From: Blastocladiella emersonii ATCC 22665
Lineage: Eukaryota > Fungi > Blastocladiomycota
Reading direction: 5' to 3'
NCBI GenBank assembly: GCA_025594325.1
Contig: JANHCV010000005.1
Coordinates: 1,240,001-1,304,000 of the forward strand
DNA length: 64,000 nucleotides
Positions 34,493 through 46,027 of the stretch are shown in pieces; position 1 is the first letter of the stretch; every line of letters starts with the position of its first letter. A model generated the notes under the pieces. The model searched no databases and was not told the origin of the DNA. It was given only the letters and a program-made list of their open reading frames with translations. Made by a program: the position numbers and the translations under genes.

Positions 34493-37005
34493 ATGGCCCG
34501 CGCCCGCGCCATCCCGACCCGCCGCCGCAAGGCGCTCCTTCCGCTCCTCGCCGTCGCGGTCCTCCTCGGCCTCGCCGCTCGCGCTGCTGCCCTCCCCATC
34601 TCGCCCACGGCTGCCGACGGCGGTGGCGGCGCGACCATCATCAAGTCGACCGTGATCATCGGCCCGCCGTCGCTCGACGCTGCCCCGACGCCCGTGCCCG
34701 CTGCTGCTACGGCGCCGGTTCCCGACACGACGCTCGGCCCCGGGTCCGTCATGGCCGTCCCGCCCAACCTCACCTCGACCACCGCGACCTCCGCCACCTC
34801 GCCCGGCGGCCCGGGCATCGTCATGTCCGTCCCGCGCACCGCGGCGGGCGACGCCGCTGCGAACCGGCTCAAGTACGCGCGCCCGGTCCCGCTCGTCCCG
34901 TCGGCCGTGTTCGTGACCGACGTCGACATGGACCCCGTCTCCCTCGCCGTTTCCGACGCCGCGACGGACCCCGAGACCCTCGCCCTGCGCCTTGCCGAGA
35001 CCGTCCTGCAGGTGCCCGCGTCCGAGCTCCGCGTGCGCGACGTCGTCAAGACCGCGACGGGCGTGGTCCCGCGCACCGCCGCGGACGCGGTCCCGCCGCC
35101 CCCGCTCGCGCCGCACCCGCCCACGACCAACGATGGGGGTGTCGTCACCGCCGTCTACCTGCGCCAGGTCGTCCACGGGCTCGATGTCGCGAACGGCGAC
35201 CTCAACGTCAACGTCGACGCCAAGACGGGGCGCGTCGTCGGGTACGGCGACCGCCTGTTCCACGGGATCCGGCCGGTCCTCCCGCCGTTTTCTTCGGGCA
35301 CGGGTGGGGGTGCGGCGGCGGTCGCGGCCGCGGGGCTCGTCACGCCCGAGGACGCGTTCGCGGCGCTCGCCGCCGTGCTGGGCATCGAGCCCGACGTCGA
35401 AGACGTGCAGGAGGTCCCGACCATCCCGTCGGGCGACGACACGAGCGGCACGACCTCGGCCGCCGCGGTCGCGGGCGCGGTCCGCCGCGCGCCCGTCTTC
35501 GAGCTCACGACGCCCGCGACGCCGGCCCCCGTCTCCGCGACCTTCGCGTACCTGCAGACGTCGGCGGGCGAGCTGGTCCTCGTGTACGAGTTCACGGTCG
35601 ATCTCGGCGCGCGGTGGTACAGCGCGCACGTCAACGCGGGGTCGGCCAAGGTCGAGTCGGTCGTCAACTGGGCCGCCGACGCGTCCTACGCCGTCCTTCC
35701 GCCGCAGGCCGACGACGACCCGGCGCAGATCCGCGTGGTCGAGATTTTGGGAACGGGGACCGCCGGGTCGCCGCTCGGCTGGCACGATATGGGCGTCGAG
35801 GCCGGCGGCAAGTTCACCGACACGCGCGGGAACAATGTGCTCGCCGAGGAGAACCGCGCGGGGAACGCCGGTGTTTTCGGCACGGGGCATCGGCCGGACG
35901 GCGGGGCGGGGCTCGCGTTCCTCGACGTGCCCGACCTCAGCAAGGACCCCGCCGACTCGGACGCGAGCGCCGCGGCCGCGACAACCTCGGCCTTCTTCTG
36001 GACCAACCTCATGCACGACGTCGCGTACCGGTTCGGGTTCGACGAGCAGGCCGGCAACTTCCAGCAGAACAACCTCGGCCGCGGCGGGCTCCAGTTCGAC
36101 GCGGTTCAGGCCACGGTCCAGGACGGCGGCGCGCCTAACAATGCGTACTTTGCTACGCCGCCTGACGGTTACAGGTACGCTTCTTTGCTACGTATCGCTC
36201 GCGGGGACAGGAACTAACGGATCCACCCAACGCACGCACACGTAGCCCGCGCCTCGTCGCCGGCATCTTCGCGTCGACGACGCCGCGCCGCGACACGGCG
36301 CTCGACGTGCCGGTGCTCGTGCACGAGTACACGCACGGGATCGCGTCGCGTCTGACGGGCGGCCCGTCCAACGCCAACTGCCTGGGCACGCTCGAGTCGG
36401 GCGGGCTCAACGAGGGGTGGGCCGACACCCTCGCGCTCGTCCTGACCGCGAAGCCCACCGACACCCGCACCACGCCGCGCGTCATCGGCGCGTGGGTCTC
36501 GGGCAACCCCGCCACGGGCCTGCGCGCGTTCCCGTACTCGGCCGACGCGCTCGCCGCGGGGACCAACCCGCACACGTTCGCGTACGTCGCCCGCCAAGAG
36601 TACCACGAGGTGCACCGGCTCGGCGAGGTGTGGGCGGCGGTCCTGTGGGAAGTCTACTGGGCGTGCGTCGACATGTTCGGGTTCCGCGCCCTCGTCGACC
36701 CGTCGGGCGCCGTCATGGAGGCCAACGGCGGGCCCATGAACGGGAACGAGTTCTTCACCCTCGTCGTCCTCAACGCGCTCAAGCTCCAGCCGTGTAACCC
36801 GACGTTCGTCGAGGCCCGCGACGCGATCTTGCTCGCCGAGGCCGCCCTCACGGGCGACGGGACCAGCGCGTCGGGACGGTTCGCGTGTCTCCTCTGGTTC
36901 GCGTTCGCGAAGCGCGGGCTTGGGGTGGGTGCGGCCGGGTCGATCCGCGACGGGTTTGTCCAGGAGAGCTTCGAGGTGCCTGAGTGGTGCCCGCAGTGGC
37001 AGTAG
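34493..37005 (+). CDS. Fungalysin (peptidase M36) with FTP propeptide; intron ~36174-36245
   Basis: Signal peptide; VYLRQVVHGLDVANGDLNVNV (FTP); YRFGFDEQAGNFQQNN; NNAYFATPPDG; HEYTHG; GGLNEGWAD; EVHRLGEVWA; LKLQPCNPTFVEARDAILLA; FAKRGLG. Confidence 0.95.
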
Positions 37006-37089
37006 GAGGGAGGGATGGGTTTTGATGGGCAATACACTCGGTTTTGTGCAACACTATCACGACTATCGGCACGAGAATGATCCGCTGGC

Positions 37090-37842
37090 CCGCCGCAGCT
37101 CGGCCATAGCCACGACCGCGGTGCTCGGACTGGGCCCAAGTGCCTCGCGCCCATCCAGCACGCGACCTCGGCCACGGCGCGCCCAATCGCTGCTGGGTTG
37201 ACGGACCTCAACGCGCGGCTCGCCGGCCGCGCCGTCTACTGCGCCATGGTTGCCGCGAGCGAGCACAACAACGCGACCTGCACGTCGTCGTCTGCACTCT
37301 ACATCGCAGTTCCGCGTCGCCGACCGAGGAAGAGGACCGGGAGCACGCCCAAGAGCGCCGACCGAAGCCACGACGTTCTCGTCGTTGGTCTTGAACCGGT
37401 CGGACGGTCCCGCAATGCGAAATTATGGGCCTCGGGTGCGTATGAGATTGGCGAGCGCAGCCGAGTCTTGGTCTGCGAGTGCAGCTGAGCGGTGGTCCGC
37501 GATCGCAGCAGAGTCGTCTTGCTGATATGGAAGAGTGGGCGGCGGCGTGCTCGAAGGCAGCGATAAGGACGTGCTCGACTGGTCGCAAGGCTCGGGCGTG
37601 TTTTCGACTGCCTGGATCAGCGGGAGCTCGGCAGAGCTCGCGAGCGGTTGGGATGAAAGTGTCGAGTAAGTAAGCGCGTCGTTCGGGGAATCGCGCGAGA
37701 CTGCTGCCGCGAACCGAAGTCGCCGAAGCACCGCACCGCGAATGCAAATCAAGCTCCGATCAAGACGCGTGAGAAGGTCCTCCTCCGTCAAGCATTGCTG
37801 GTCCGCATCATCTCCTGCGTGAGGTTCGGGATCGGGCGGCAA
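37090..37842 (-). pseudogene. Gag-like array copy A (internally deleted pseudogene)
   Basis: EEDLLTRLDRSLICIRGAVLRRL...ALANLIRTRGP*FRIAGPSDRFKTND has a premature TAA and then jumps to C-terminal-like VALLCSLAATMAQ and RAVAEVACWMGARHLGPV. Confidence 0.7.
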
Positions 37843-38284
37843 GCACAGGGCGTCAGGAGGCCGTGTTGCCTGCGCCCAACTGACAAGCTGGGTCCGTGAC
37901 TTTGCTGAGAGTCATGCTAGATATTCATTTGTTTAACGCATCGTGCCAGTGGTGTGGTGGAGGAGCGTGAAGGCGGAAGAGCCTGCCTGGTGAAGTCGAC
38001 CAACGACGCCACAGTTGCGCTGCGCGACTTGAGCATCACCTGATATCGGAACGCGTCTCGCGTGTCTTGACCCCCGACCGACCTTTGACCAGCTACTCGT
38101 TCGTTCGTTGCATGAAGGCAATGGGCGTATTCGAAGTGCACGATCAGCGTCAGCAAGCTAGAGGTTCGCCTGAGAGTATCCCTCAGAACTGGAAACTCGC
38201 AGCAGCAAGGGGCACGGCTTTCAAACTCATCGGCCAACAATATCGCTCTGTTCTTCCGTACGTCTCACCAACTCAGTGCTCAAA

Positions 38285-40090
38285 TCAACTACGCTTGCCT
38301 GTGCGCTCCTCCGCAAACGCCGCCACCGCGGTCCACACGGGCACAAGACGCTTGCGATTCCACTCGCGCGGGAACTCGGCGAGCGCGCGTAGGAACCACG
38401 GGCTACGCCGAATTGCCTCGGCGTTGGCGGACGGCAGCAGATGTTTTTGCGCCGCCTGCTGCGCGGCCTCCTCTTCCATGGTCGCAGCGAGGGTGAGGGT
38501 GAGCTCGACTAGCGTGTCGTAGTCGGTGCTACGCATCGCTGAGAGCGGCGGGGAGACGCCGGCCACGGCCAGAGCGTGCTCGATGGTGCCCGCAATCCGG
38601 CCTGCGTTGGCCGACAGCGAGCAAGCGATGAGCGCGTGTCTCTGTGCAGCCGACCGCAATGACTCAAAGTGCATGCAGTACACGCACGGCGTCGCGCGCG
38701 CTCGGGCGAGTTTTGGGTCCGCAGGAGAACGCGAGCGGGTGCGGGAGCGGGAGCGAGAGCGCCGGCGGCGAGAGTGTGAATGACAAGAAGGCGATTTGGA
38801 GCGAGATGGAGACCGAGAGCGAGCCTTCTTTCGACGTAAGTGGGAGGGAGAGCGCGAACGGGAACGGGAGCGGGACCGTGAACGCTTGCGTAAACGTGAA
38901 TGAGAGCGAGAGCGCGATCGCCGGCGAGAACGTGATGAGCGGGTCGTGCGGTGCTTATTGGTTCGCGACCGCGACCGCGACCGCGACCGCGAGCGAGACC
39001 GCGAGCGAGACCGATTCCTGGTTTTCGCGCGCGAGCGTGAACGCGAGTGGGACAGTTTTTCGGTTAGTAACCGTGAACGCGAGCGAGACCGTTCCTTGGT
39101 TTGCGTGTGCGAGCGTGAACGCGACCGTGAGTGCGAATCCGTGGGCTGGCCGCGCTCAATCAAGCGCATCATGTCCGTAAGCGAGGACGTCGAGTCTGCG
39201 GCCATGGCCATAACCTCGGGAATGCGAGACGAGGGATGATACGAGAGCTTGTCGATGAAGCGTTGCTTGACCTCGACGGAGGTAGACATCACGTTAAAGT
39301 CACCCGGGCTAGCCTTTAGGTGCCGTTCAAAGCTGGCATGATAGGCGGTGGCCGACATAAAAGTGTGCGCATCGAGTGACATGACCACCGAAAGCCAGTC
39401 TGGCCGCTGCGCCGAGTTGACAAACCCTTTGAAGTGGTTCGAGGCCTCGTCGTCCGACATAGTCGGGCGGAGCGTCGCTAGACACCACAGACGCAGTTCA
39501 AGCGACATGTTGCGGCGCGCGATGAGAAGCCCGCGGGCAAGGGTCCCGCGCGGGAGGACGCTGCGAAAATGGTTGAGAAATGCGGCATCATCGTCGGTCT
39601 TAAACCGTCCCTTCGGGCCTGGAATTCGAAAGTACGGCCCGCGAGTGCGCACAAGGTCGGCGAGCGCGGCCGAGTCATCATGCCGAGGTGAAGGAGATTG
39701 GGGAGCGGCGTTTGGCGGAAATGCCGAGGGTGCTTGCAACTGGCCGCGAGGTTCGAGTTCTACTTCCGTGACGGTTGACGCCCGTCGAGCAGAGTTTTCT
39801 AGTGGTGGAGTTGGAAACGTTGAGCGTGAAAGCGCGCAGTCGCTGCCCTGCGAATCAGACGAGCCCGCCTCCGCGCGCTGTAGCCGATTCCGTGCAGCGC
39901 TGCGAATACAAAGTATGCGCTGCTCGAGGCGCGTGTAGAGCTCCCCAGCCGTGAAGCGTTGCCCGTCTGTTCCGACTTCTGCGCGAGGCCGGCCACTGGG
40001 CCCGCTGGAGGACATCACGAGCACGACTGGGCGCTCGCTGTTGGCTGCAGGCAGATCGTTAGCAGAGTCCTTTTCGTTGCTCCAAGTCAT
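38285..40090 (-). CDS. Gag-like array copy B (about 601 aa; capsid-like core, RS tract, CX2CX12HX4C knuckle)
   Basis: Intact intronless ORF homologous to copies C-F. Knuckle CVYCMHFESLRSAAQRHALIAC. Confidence 0.8.
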   Translation of the reverse strand: MTWSNEKDSANDLPAANSERPVVLVMSSSGPSGRPRAEVGTDGQRFTAGELYTRLEQRILCIRSAARNRLQRAEAGSSDSQGSDCALSRSTFPTPPLENSARRASTVTEVELEPRGQLQAPSAFPPNAAPQSPSPRHDDSAALADLVRTRGPYFRIPGPKGRFKTDDDAAFLNHFRSVLPRGTLARGLLIARRNMSLELRLWCLATLRPTMSDDEASNHFKGFVNSAQRPDWLSVVMSLDAHTFMSATAYHASFERHLKASPGDFNVMSTSVEVKQRFIDKLSYHPSSRIPEVMAMAADSTSSLTDMMRLIERGQPTDSHSRSRSRSHTQTKERSRSRSRLLTEKLSHSRSRSRAKTRNRSRSRSRSRSRSRSRSRTNKHRTTRSSRSRRRSRSRSHSRLRKRSRSRSRSRSRSPSHLRRKKARSRSPSRSKSPSCHSHSRRRRSRSRSRTRSRSPADPKLARARATPCVYCMHFESLRSAAQRHALIACSLSANAGRIAGTIEHALAVAGVSPPLSAMRSTDYDTLVELTLTLAATMEEEAAQQAAQKHLLPSANAEAIRRSPWFLRALAEFPREWNRKRLVPVWTAVAAFAEERTGKRS

Positions 40091-40365
40091 TTTAGCTTTC
40101 CATTTGTTTACTGCATTGTGGTGAGAGGGAAGAGGCGGAGGAGACGGAGGAGGCTGATGCAGGGCTTTGCCCTGAAATATTGGGTGACCCCTTCGAGTTC
40201 TATCCTGGGTCACGTGCTCTTGGCGGATTTCACTTGGTTTCATCACGTCGTACATGTCACGTGACTGTGGCTGACCGCGTTTTGCGGCTTGCTCGCGACT
40301 TTGGCTCGGGCGACGTTGCGCACTCCACTTCTCCTCCACGAAACGAAAGCTTGAGCGGCTGTAAC

Positions 40366-40731
40366 ATGCCGCAACGCGACAGTCGGCCAAGGTGGACCGC
40401 GGAGGAGTGTGACCGCCTTGTCGACTGGCTGTGCCTTGACTCGAGCAACTACGCCACCTTCGCGTCGCACGGCCACCGCGCTGCTGCCGCTCGACACGCT
40501 GCCGCCTGGCTCGCTCAACATTCTGCTCATACACGCGCCCCTGAGCCCGTCGGCAAGAAGCTCCATGAGCTGATCGACGCATACCATGGACTGCTCGCGT
40601 CGCTGTCGCTGTCCGCCGCAGATCTGCGCGACCCATCCTCTCTCTCAGCCCTGCGGCTCGCCCTCATCAACAACGACCCTACCACTGCTCTGAACTTTCA
40701 ACACGCGTGCCACCGTTCAACGCGCATGTAA
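40366..40731 (+). CDS. Short Myb/SANT-like (trihelix-type) DNA-binding domain ORF, probably truncated
   Basis: RPRWTAEECDRLVDWLCLDSSNY...VGKKLHELIDAY follows the W-T-x-E-E...L...W/Y pattern of Myb/SANT-like domains. The ORF ends after about 121 aa. Confidence 0.5.
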   Translation: MPQRDSRPRWTAEECDRLVDWLCLDSSNYATFASHGHRAAAARHAAAWLAQHSAHTRAPEPVGKKLHELIDAYHGLLASLSLSAADLRDPSSLSALRLALINNDPTTALNFQHACHRSTRM

Positions 40732-41393
40732 GCACTGCACTTACTTCAACCACCTTGTCCTCAACGGTTGCCCACAGCTCGCTTTCGGCTTCTGGTTCTT
40801 CGCCTCCGCCTACCGCATCTGCAACCGTACCTCCACCTGCTCCGGGTCTGGCGTTGATTGTCACATTTGGGCTTGCCTCATCAGGCTGATACATGTCACG
40901 TGAGTGGCTGAACGCGTCCCCTCGCCCTTTCTCCCTCGCGCGCCCTCGCTGAATCAAAGTCAACCCGCAACAAATATGTACTCTGTTGTTGCTACTTGAT
41001 GTGTCAATGACGTTTCTTGGTTGCTGTGCGACTTCGGCCGCATCCGCGCCAAGTTGGCGACTGTACCTCATTTAGCTCCCTTACAAAGTTAATTTTGCAG
41101 CTGAGCCAGGGCGGCGGTTCACCTTACGTGTTATCTTGTCACTGTCGCTCTGCGCAGCATGTTATGCGGCAACAGCAGCAGCAGCGCGGCTGAGTTGAGT
41201 CGCAGCTCCTGATCCTTGCCTTGATCGTGTCGCGATGGAGATGAGCAACCATATGCTGGGGCAGAAACTCGACAGGAACGCAATACTTTCGCTATGACGA
41301 TCTGAGCGTAACCCGAGCTAACTCAACTCGTTTGTTTGTTGACTCTCAAGCGCAGCACTCAATCCTCGTCTTGGCTCCAATTAGTGCTGCGCG

Positions 41394-41540
41394 GCAAGGC
41401 GACGCTGATGATCAACGCAAGAGGCGACGCTGGTCATTGACGCAACGAGGCAACGCTGATCACAAACTCAACAAGGCGACGCTGATCACGACGCAACGAG
41501 GCGACGCTGGTCATCGATGCAACGAGGCGACGCTGGCCGC
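41394..41540 (+). repeat. Degenerate minisatellite, about 6 units of 25-27 bp (core CAACGAGGCGACGCTG)
   Basis: Units include caacgaggcaacgctgatcacaaact, caacaaggcgacgctgatcacgacg and caacgaggcgacgctggtcatcgatg. Confidence 0.85.
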
Positions 41541-42106
41541 CTTTAAGAAGTTTCCTCGAGCTTGCCATCACGCGGAACATGAAGATCAGCGTGTTCGTTC
41601 GCGCGGCGAAGCGCAGGGTCGGCAAGCGAACATTTGTAAGCCGGGAGGTGGGCGCGCCGCACGATTTGGTCAGAGAGTACGAAAGCATGCGCGGCGCGAG
41701 GTTGGGTAAGGGCGAAAGGGCAAAGCCCTGCGCCGGTGCCAGCCGAAGGCTGTGTGACGGCAAATCAGGCGTGTAATTGCGTCACATGATATCGGAACGC
41801 GTCTCGCAAATGCCGGCCGACGGCACACCGCGCCACCGCTCGTGCCCGTCGGCATCCAGCTTAAAATTTTATCAAAATGTTTTACATCTAACCTGAAATG
41901 AAGATCGCGAACGGCGGATAGGCCGGATTACAAGGCGACTTCGCGCGGGGACAAAGCAAGTCTACCGACTCAACCCGAACAACTGTGACCGAGAGAAGGA
42001 CCACAAGCTCGCCGGATAGTGTAAGTGAATGACATGTATTGATGATGGTATTCAGTCAACAACACGCTCGGCTCTGCGCGGCCATTATCGTTCCCAACTC
42101 TCCGAA

Positions 42107-43788
42107 TCAACGACCCCTCCCCACGCGCCCCTTAGAAATCGCCGCCGCCGCAGTCCACACGGGCACGAGCAGCTTGAAGTAGAGCTCACGCGGGAAGTCG
42201 GCAAGGGAGCGCAGATACCACGGCGCGCGCCAGAACGACTCCTTGTTGAGGTCCTTGTGGCGTGCCTCCGCCTCCTGCTCCGCCTTTTTCTCCATGGTCG
42301 CAGCAAGCGAAAGCGAGAGCGCGACCAGCGCGTCGTAGTCGGTCGACCGCATGGCAGAGAGCGGCGGGAAAATGCCGACCAGGGCAAGCGCGTGCTCAAT
42401 AGTCTCCCCAATGCGCTTCGAGTTTCTCGCCTGCGGGCACCGGACAAGAGCGTGGCCCCGGGCACGTTTGCGCAGCGGTTCAAAGTGCATGCAGAACGCA
42501 CACGGCGCCACCTCCGCTCGGGCAAGTTTCGGGTCGATTGGAGAGCGTGATTGACAGCGAGCGTCAGAGAGTTGACGGTGAGAGCGCGACGTGCGACGCT
42601 GCGAGGAATTTGAGCGGCGGAAAGGTGATACGGATAGAGTCCGAGAAGGAGACCGGGACCGTGATCTTGCACGGCGAGAGCGAGAGCGTGGATGCGAGCG
42701 AGATCGGGATTTGCTGCGTGACCTCCGGTGATTTTCGGAGTCCAACCGCGGCCGCCGCGAGCGGGACCGCGGACGATTCCGTTCACCGCGAGTGCTGGCG
42801 AATTGCAAGTCCAAAGGCTGGCGTGAATCCAATCGCGGGTCACGTCCAATCAAGCGCATGATATCCGCGAGCGAGGATGACGTGTTCAAAGCCATGGCCA
42901 TGATTTGAGGGCTACGCGCTGACGGACTGTACGACAGCTTTTCAACAAAGCGCTCCTTGACCTCGGCGGAGCGAGAAAGCGCGTCAAAGTCGCCCGGACG
43001 CGCCCGCAGAAACCGCTCGAATTTTCGAATTGAACGTAAAAGTCGGCATCCGACCTCATGTTGCGAGAGTCGAGGGTCAGGAGCGACATGAGCCAGTCTG
43101 GCAGTCGCGTTGCGTTGGCAAATTTGCTGAAGTGCGTCGCGGCCTCGTCATCCGACATGGTCGGGCGGAGCGTCGCGAGGCACAATAGCCGCAGATCGAG
43201 CGCCATGTTGCGAAGAGCGACGAGGAGCCCGCGGGCAAGGGCTCCGAACGGGACGATCTCGGAGAAATGGGTGAGAAACGCGTGGCCATTACTGGTCTTG
43301 TACCGTCCCGTCGGGCCCGGGGTGCGGAGATATGGCCCGCGAGTGCGCACGAGGTCGGCGAGCGCGTTCAAGTCGTCCTGCTGAGACGGAGAAGCGGGAA
43401 GAGGAGCGCTTGGCGGCAAGGACGAGCGTTTGTCACACCGATCGCGAGGTTCGCGTGCTGCTTCCAAACTCCTGGTCGCTGCATGCTGAGATGAGATCCC
43501 GAGCGGTTGGTATAGAAGCGTAGAGTGTGATAGGGCGTGATTGATGTTCAGCGAGTCATGCGAGACCGCCGCCGTTGCGAGCCGTAGCCGTTGCCGCACG
43601 GCACTGCGAACGCAATATAAACGCTCCTCAAGGCGCGTGTAGAGCTCCGCCGCTGCCAAGTTTTGCGCGTCCGTCTCGTCACCTGCGCGAGGCCCGACAG
43701 AGGCCCGCGTGAGCGGGAGGTCGCTGGTGTCCGCAAGCAGCTTGTGAGCGGTGTCATTACCATTGCAGCAAGTCATGGTGGTTTTCAT
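42107..43788 (-). pseudogene. Gag-like array copy C, single frameshift at ~43020
   Basis: ORFs 42886-43962 and 42107-42901 are contiguous once an 8-nt insertion (CAATTCGA-AAATTCGA-GCGG) is removed. Knuckle CAFCMHFEPLRKRARGHALVRC. Confidence 0.8.
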
Positions 43789-44153
43789 TTGCTTACTGCA
43801 TCGTAGCCAGGGTGCGGAGGAAGGCGGACAGCAGCGGTGAGACCGCATCACATGATAAATGAACGCGTCCCGCAAGGGCCTGACGCGCCGACCTCCGGCT
43901 GCGTGCTTTCTTCCGCCGCTCGCAATCCAATGACCAAAGTTCGCCCTGCTCCTACCTGCCACTTACTTTCGTTAGGCGACGCCGCCGCCGCCACACGCTC
44001 CATTTGGCGGCGAACTTGACTGACTGATACACTCACTGCCAGCTTGCTGCGATGACGAAACCACCAAGCGACGTGGCCCATCAGCTCAGGCGCGAGAGGG
44101 GCAGCGGATTCGGCGGATAATTCAATCATATATCCAAGTTCAGCTCACTACGG

Positions 44154-45794
44154 TCAACCCACCCTTCGCCGCTTGTCCATCTTGATTGCAACATTCCGCC
44201 AGATCGGAGCCAGGTGCGTGCCGCACATGTTGCGCGGGAACTCGGTCAGCGCACGGAGGTAGGTCGGGGTACGCTTGATCGATTCGACCAAGTGCGGCTT
44301 CAGAGACAGGACCTCATCTCGAGTAATCCGCTCCAGGGTATCAGCAAGCTCCAAGCACAGCGCGATGAGGGCGTCGAAGTCGCCGCTGATCATGGTCCGT
44401 ACTGGTGGACTTACGCCGGCCATAAAGAGGGCGTTTTCAATCGATCCGGCGATTCGCGTCGAGTAAGCGGCGTGCATGCAGGAGGGGAGCGTGTGTAGGT
44501 GTGCCTTGAACCGCAGCGTGGCAAAGTGCTGGCAGTACACGCAAGGCGGGACATTAGCGCGTTCGAGTTTTGACTCGACGGGACGTGGCGAGCGGCAAAG
44601 TGAACGAGAGCGAGATCTGGACGATAGCGTTGAGCGAGACCGGCCTGAACATCGACGCGATTGGCTTGAAGCTGAGCTTGACCTACGTCTCGAACTCGAG
44701 CGCCTCGAACTCGAGCGTCTCGATTTGCGCCTTGATTTTGAGCGCGATCGAGGACGCGGAGGTGAGCGTCGGCGGGATCGCGACCGCGACCGCGACCGTG
44801 AGCGCTCACGAGCCGGAAGGCGGGGGCGCACCCGCAAGCGTGAGCGTGATCTTGACCTTGAACGCGAACGTGACCGTCCACGAGTCCGAGAAGGCTCCTT
44901 TTGAATAGGTTGGACGACTCGCATTCGCGGTCGGGACTGCAGGTTCGACCGGTTCAGCGACAAGCGCTCGTCTTCCTCGATAAGGCGAGCGATATCGCCA
45001 AGCGTGGATCTCGAGTCGTCGGCCATGGTCATGATTTTGGCATTGCGTGAGGAAGCGAAGCAGGACAGCTTGTCGACCAGAAGCTGCTTGAAGTCTGGCA
45101 AGCGGTTGAGCACCTCGGAATCCCCTCCGCTCTCGCGGAGGACCTGCTCGAACATGGCGAGGTACTTTCCGACGGAGCCGAACGCGAGCGGCTCGAGCAA
45201 TTGCAAACGAACGACCCAACCTGGGCAGGCCGTTTCAGCAAACTCGCGGAAGGTCGCTGCGGCAACGGAATCGGACATGTAGGGCCGTATACTCGCAACG
45301 CAGGCCATGCGGAAATCAAGTGGTAGGTTGTAACGCGCGACGAGAAGCCCCTGAGCGAGCGCTCCGGGTGGGACGAGTGTGCGGAATAGGCGAAGGAAGT
45401 CGTCCGCGTCATCCGTCCTGATCCGGCTCCTCGGCCCCGCGATGCGAAAGTACGGTCCGCGTGTGCGCACGAGAGTAGCGAGAGCAGCCGTTGTTGCCGA
45501 ACCACCGTCTTGGGGCGGAGGCGGGTGCGACGGAGCCGCCAAAGTCGCAAGTGGATGGACTGGACTGTTTTGAGGAGCCGTCGCCGCGACTTGTAGGCGT
45601 TGCTGCACAACGCTGCGAATATTGAGTAGGCGTTGATCCAAGCGCGCATAAATCTCCTTTTCTGCCATGGGTTTCCCGCCTGCGTCGACTCCTTCGCGTG
45701 TGCCGAGGGAGGGCGGAGTGAACGCGACGGGCGCCTTGATTTTATCGCGTTCGAGGGGTCCACAATTCATGTTCGTCAGATTGCAGCAAGTCAT
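44154..45794 (-). CDS. Gag-like array copy D (546 aa)
   Basis: Intact ORF. MHR-like RLQLLEPLAFGSVGKYLAMFEQVL, RS tract and knuckle CVYCQHFATLRFKAHLHTLPSC. Confidence 0.82.
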   Translation of the reverse strand: MTCCNLTNMNCGPLERDKIKAPVAFTPPSLGTREGVDAGGKPMAEKEIYARLDQRLLNIRSVVQQRLQVAATAPQNSPVHPLATLAAPSHPPPPQDGGSATTAALATLVRTRGPYFRIAGPRSRIRTDDADDFLRLFRTLVPPGALAQGLLVARYNLPLDFRMACVASIRPYMSDSVAAATFREFAETACPGWVVRLQLLEPLAFGSVGKYLAMFEQVLRESGGDSEVLNRLPDFKQLLVDKLSCFASSRNAKIMTMADDSRSTLGDIARLIEEDERLSLNRSNLQSRPRMRVVQPIQKEPSRTRGRSRSRSRSRSRSRLRVRPRLPARERSRSRSRSRSRRRSPPRPRSRSKSRRKSRRSSSRRSSSRRRSSSASSQSRRCSGRSRSTLSSRSRSRSLCRSPRPVESKLERANVPPCVYCQHFATLRFKAHLHTLPSCMHAAYSTRIAGSIENALFMAGVSPPVRTMISGDFDALIALCLELADTLERITRDEVLSLKPHLVESIKRTPTYLRALTEFPRNMCGTHLAPIWRNVAIKMDKRRRVG

Positions 45795-45868
45795 GGTGGT
45801 CCTTCATTTGTTTATCATGTCATGGGAGTAGGGCAGGGAGAGCGGCGAGGCCCTGTGGCTGCGAGTCA

Positions 45869-45890
45869 TCACATGATACCTGAACGCGTC
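45869..45890. promoter_or_regulatory. Representative copy of the bipartite TCAC(A/G)TGA-N7-ACGCGTC motif upstream of a Gag-like gene
   Basis: tcacatga-tacctga-acgcgtc, about 75 bp upstream of the copy D ATG. Equivalent sites at 12485, 38036, 41782, 43848, 48391 and 52639. Confidence 0.6.
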
Positions 45891-46027
45891 TCTCGAGCCA
45901 TGGTGGTGCTAATCCCTCATCTACAACAAGCTCCTCGTAGGGATATAAATATACTCAAAGAACAAGGATACGCTCGATCAACCTCCGTGATGTGTCGCTC
46001 TGGATCACATCACTTCTCCTTCACTAC

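Noticed and set aside
37917-38240. FunK1-type kinase remnant (LIVHFEYA resembling LIDFEYA)
   Set aside because: Single weak motif with no HRD-like loop or other subdomains in frame.
41394-41540. CRISPR array
   Set aside because: Eukaryotic context, degenerate repeats, linkers of only about 10 nt that are related to each other, and no cas genes.
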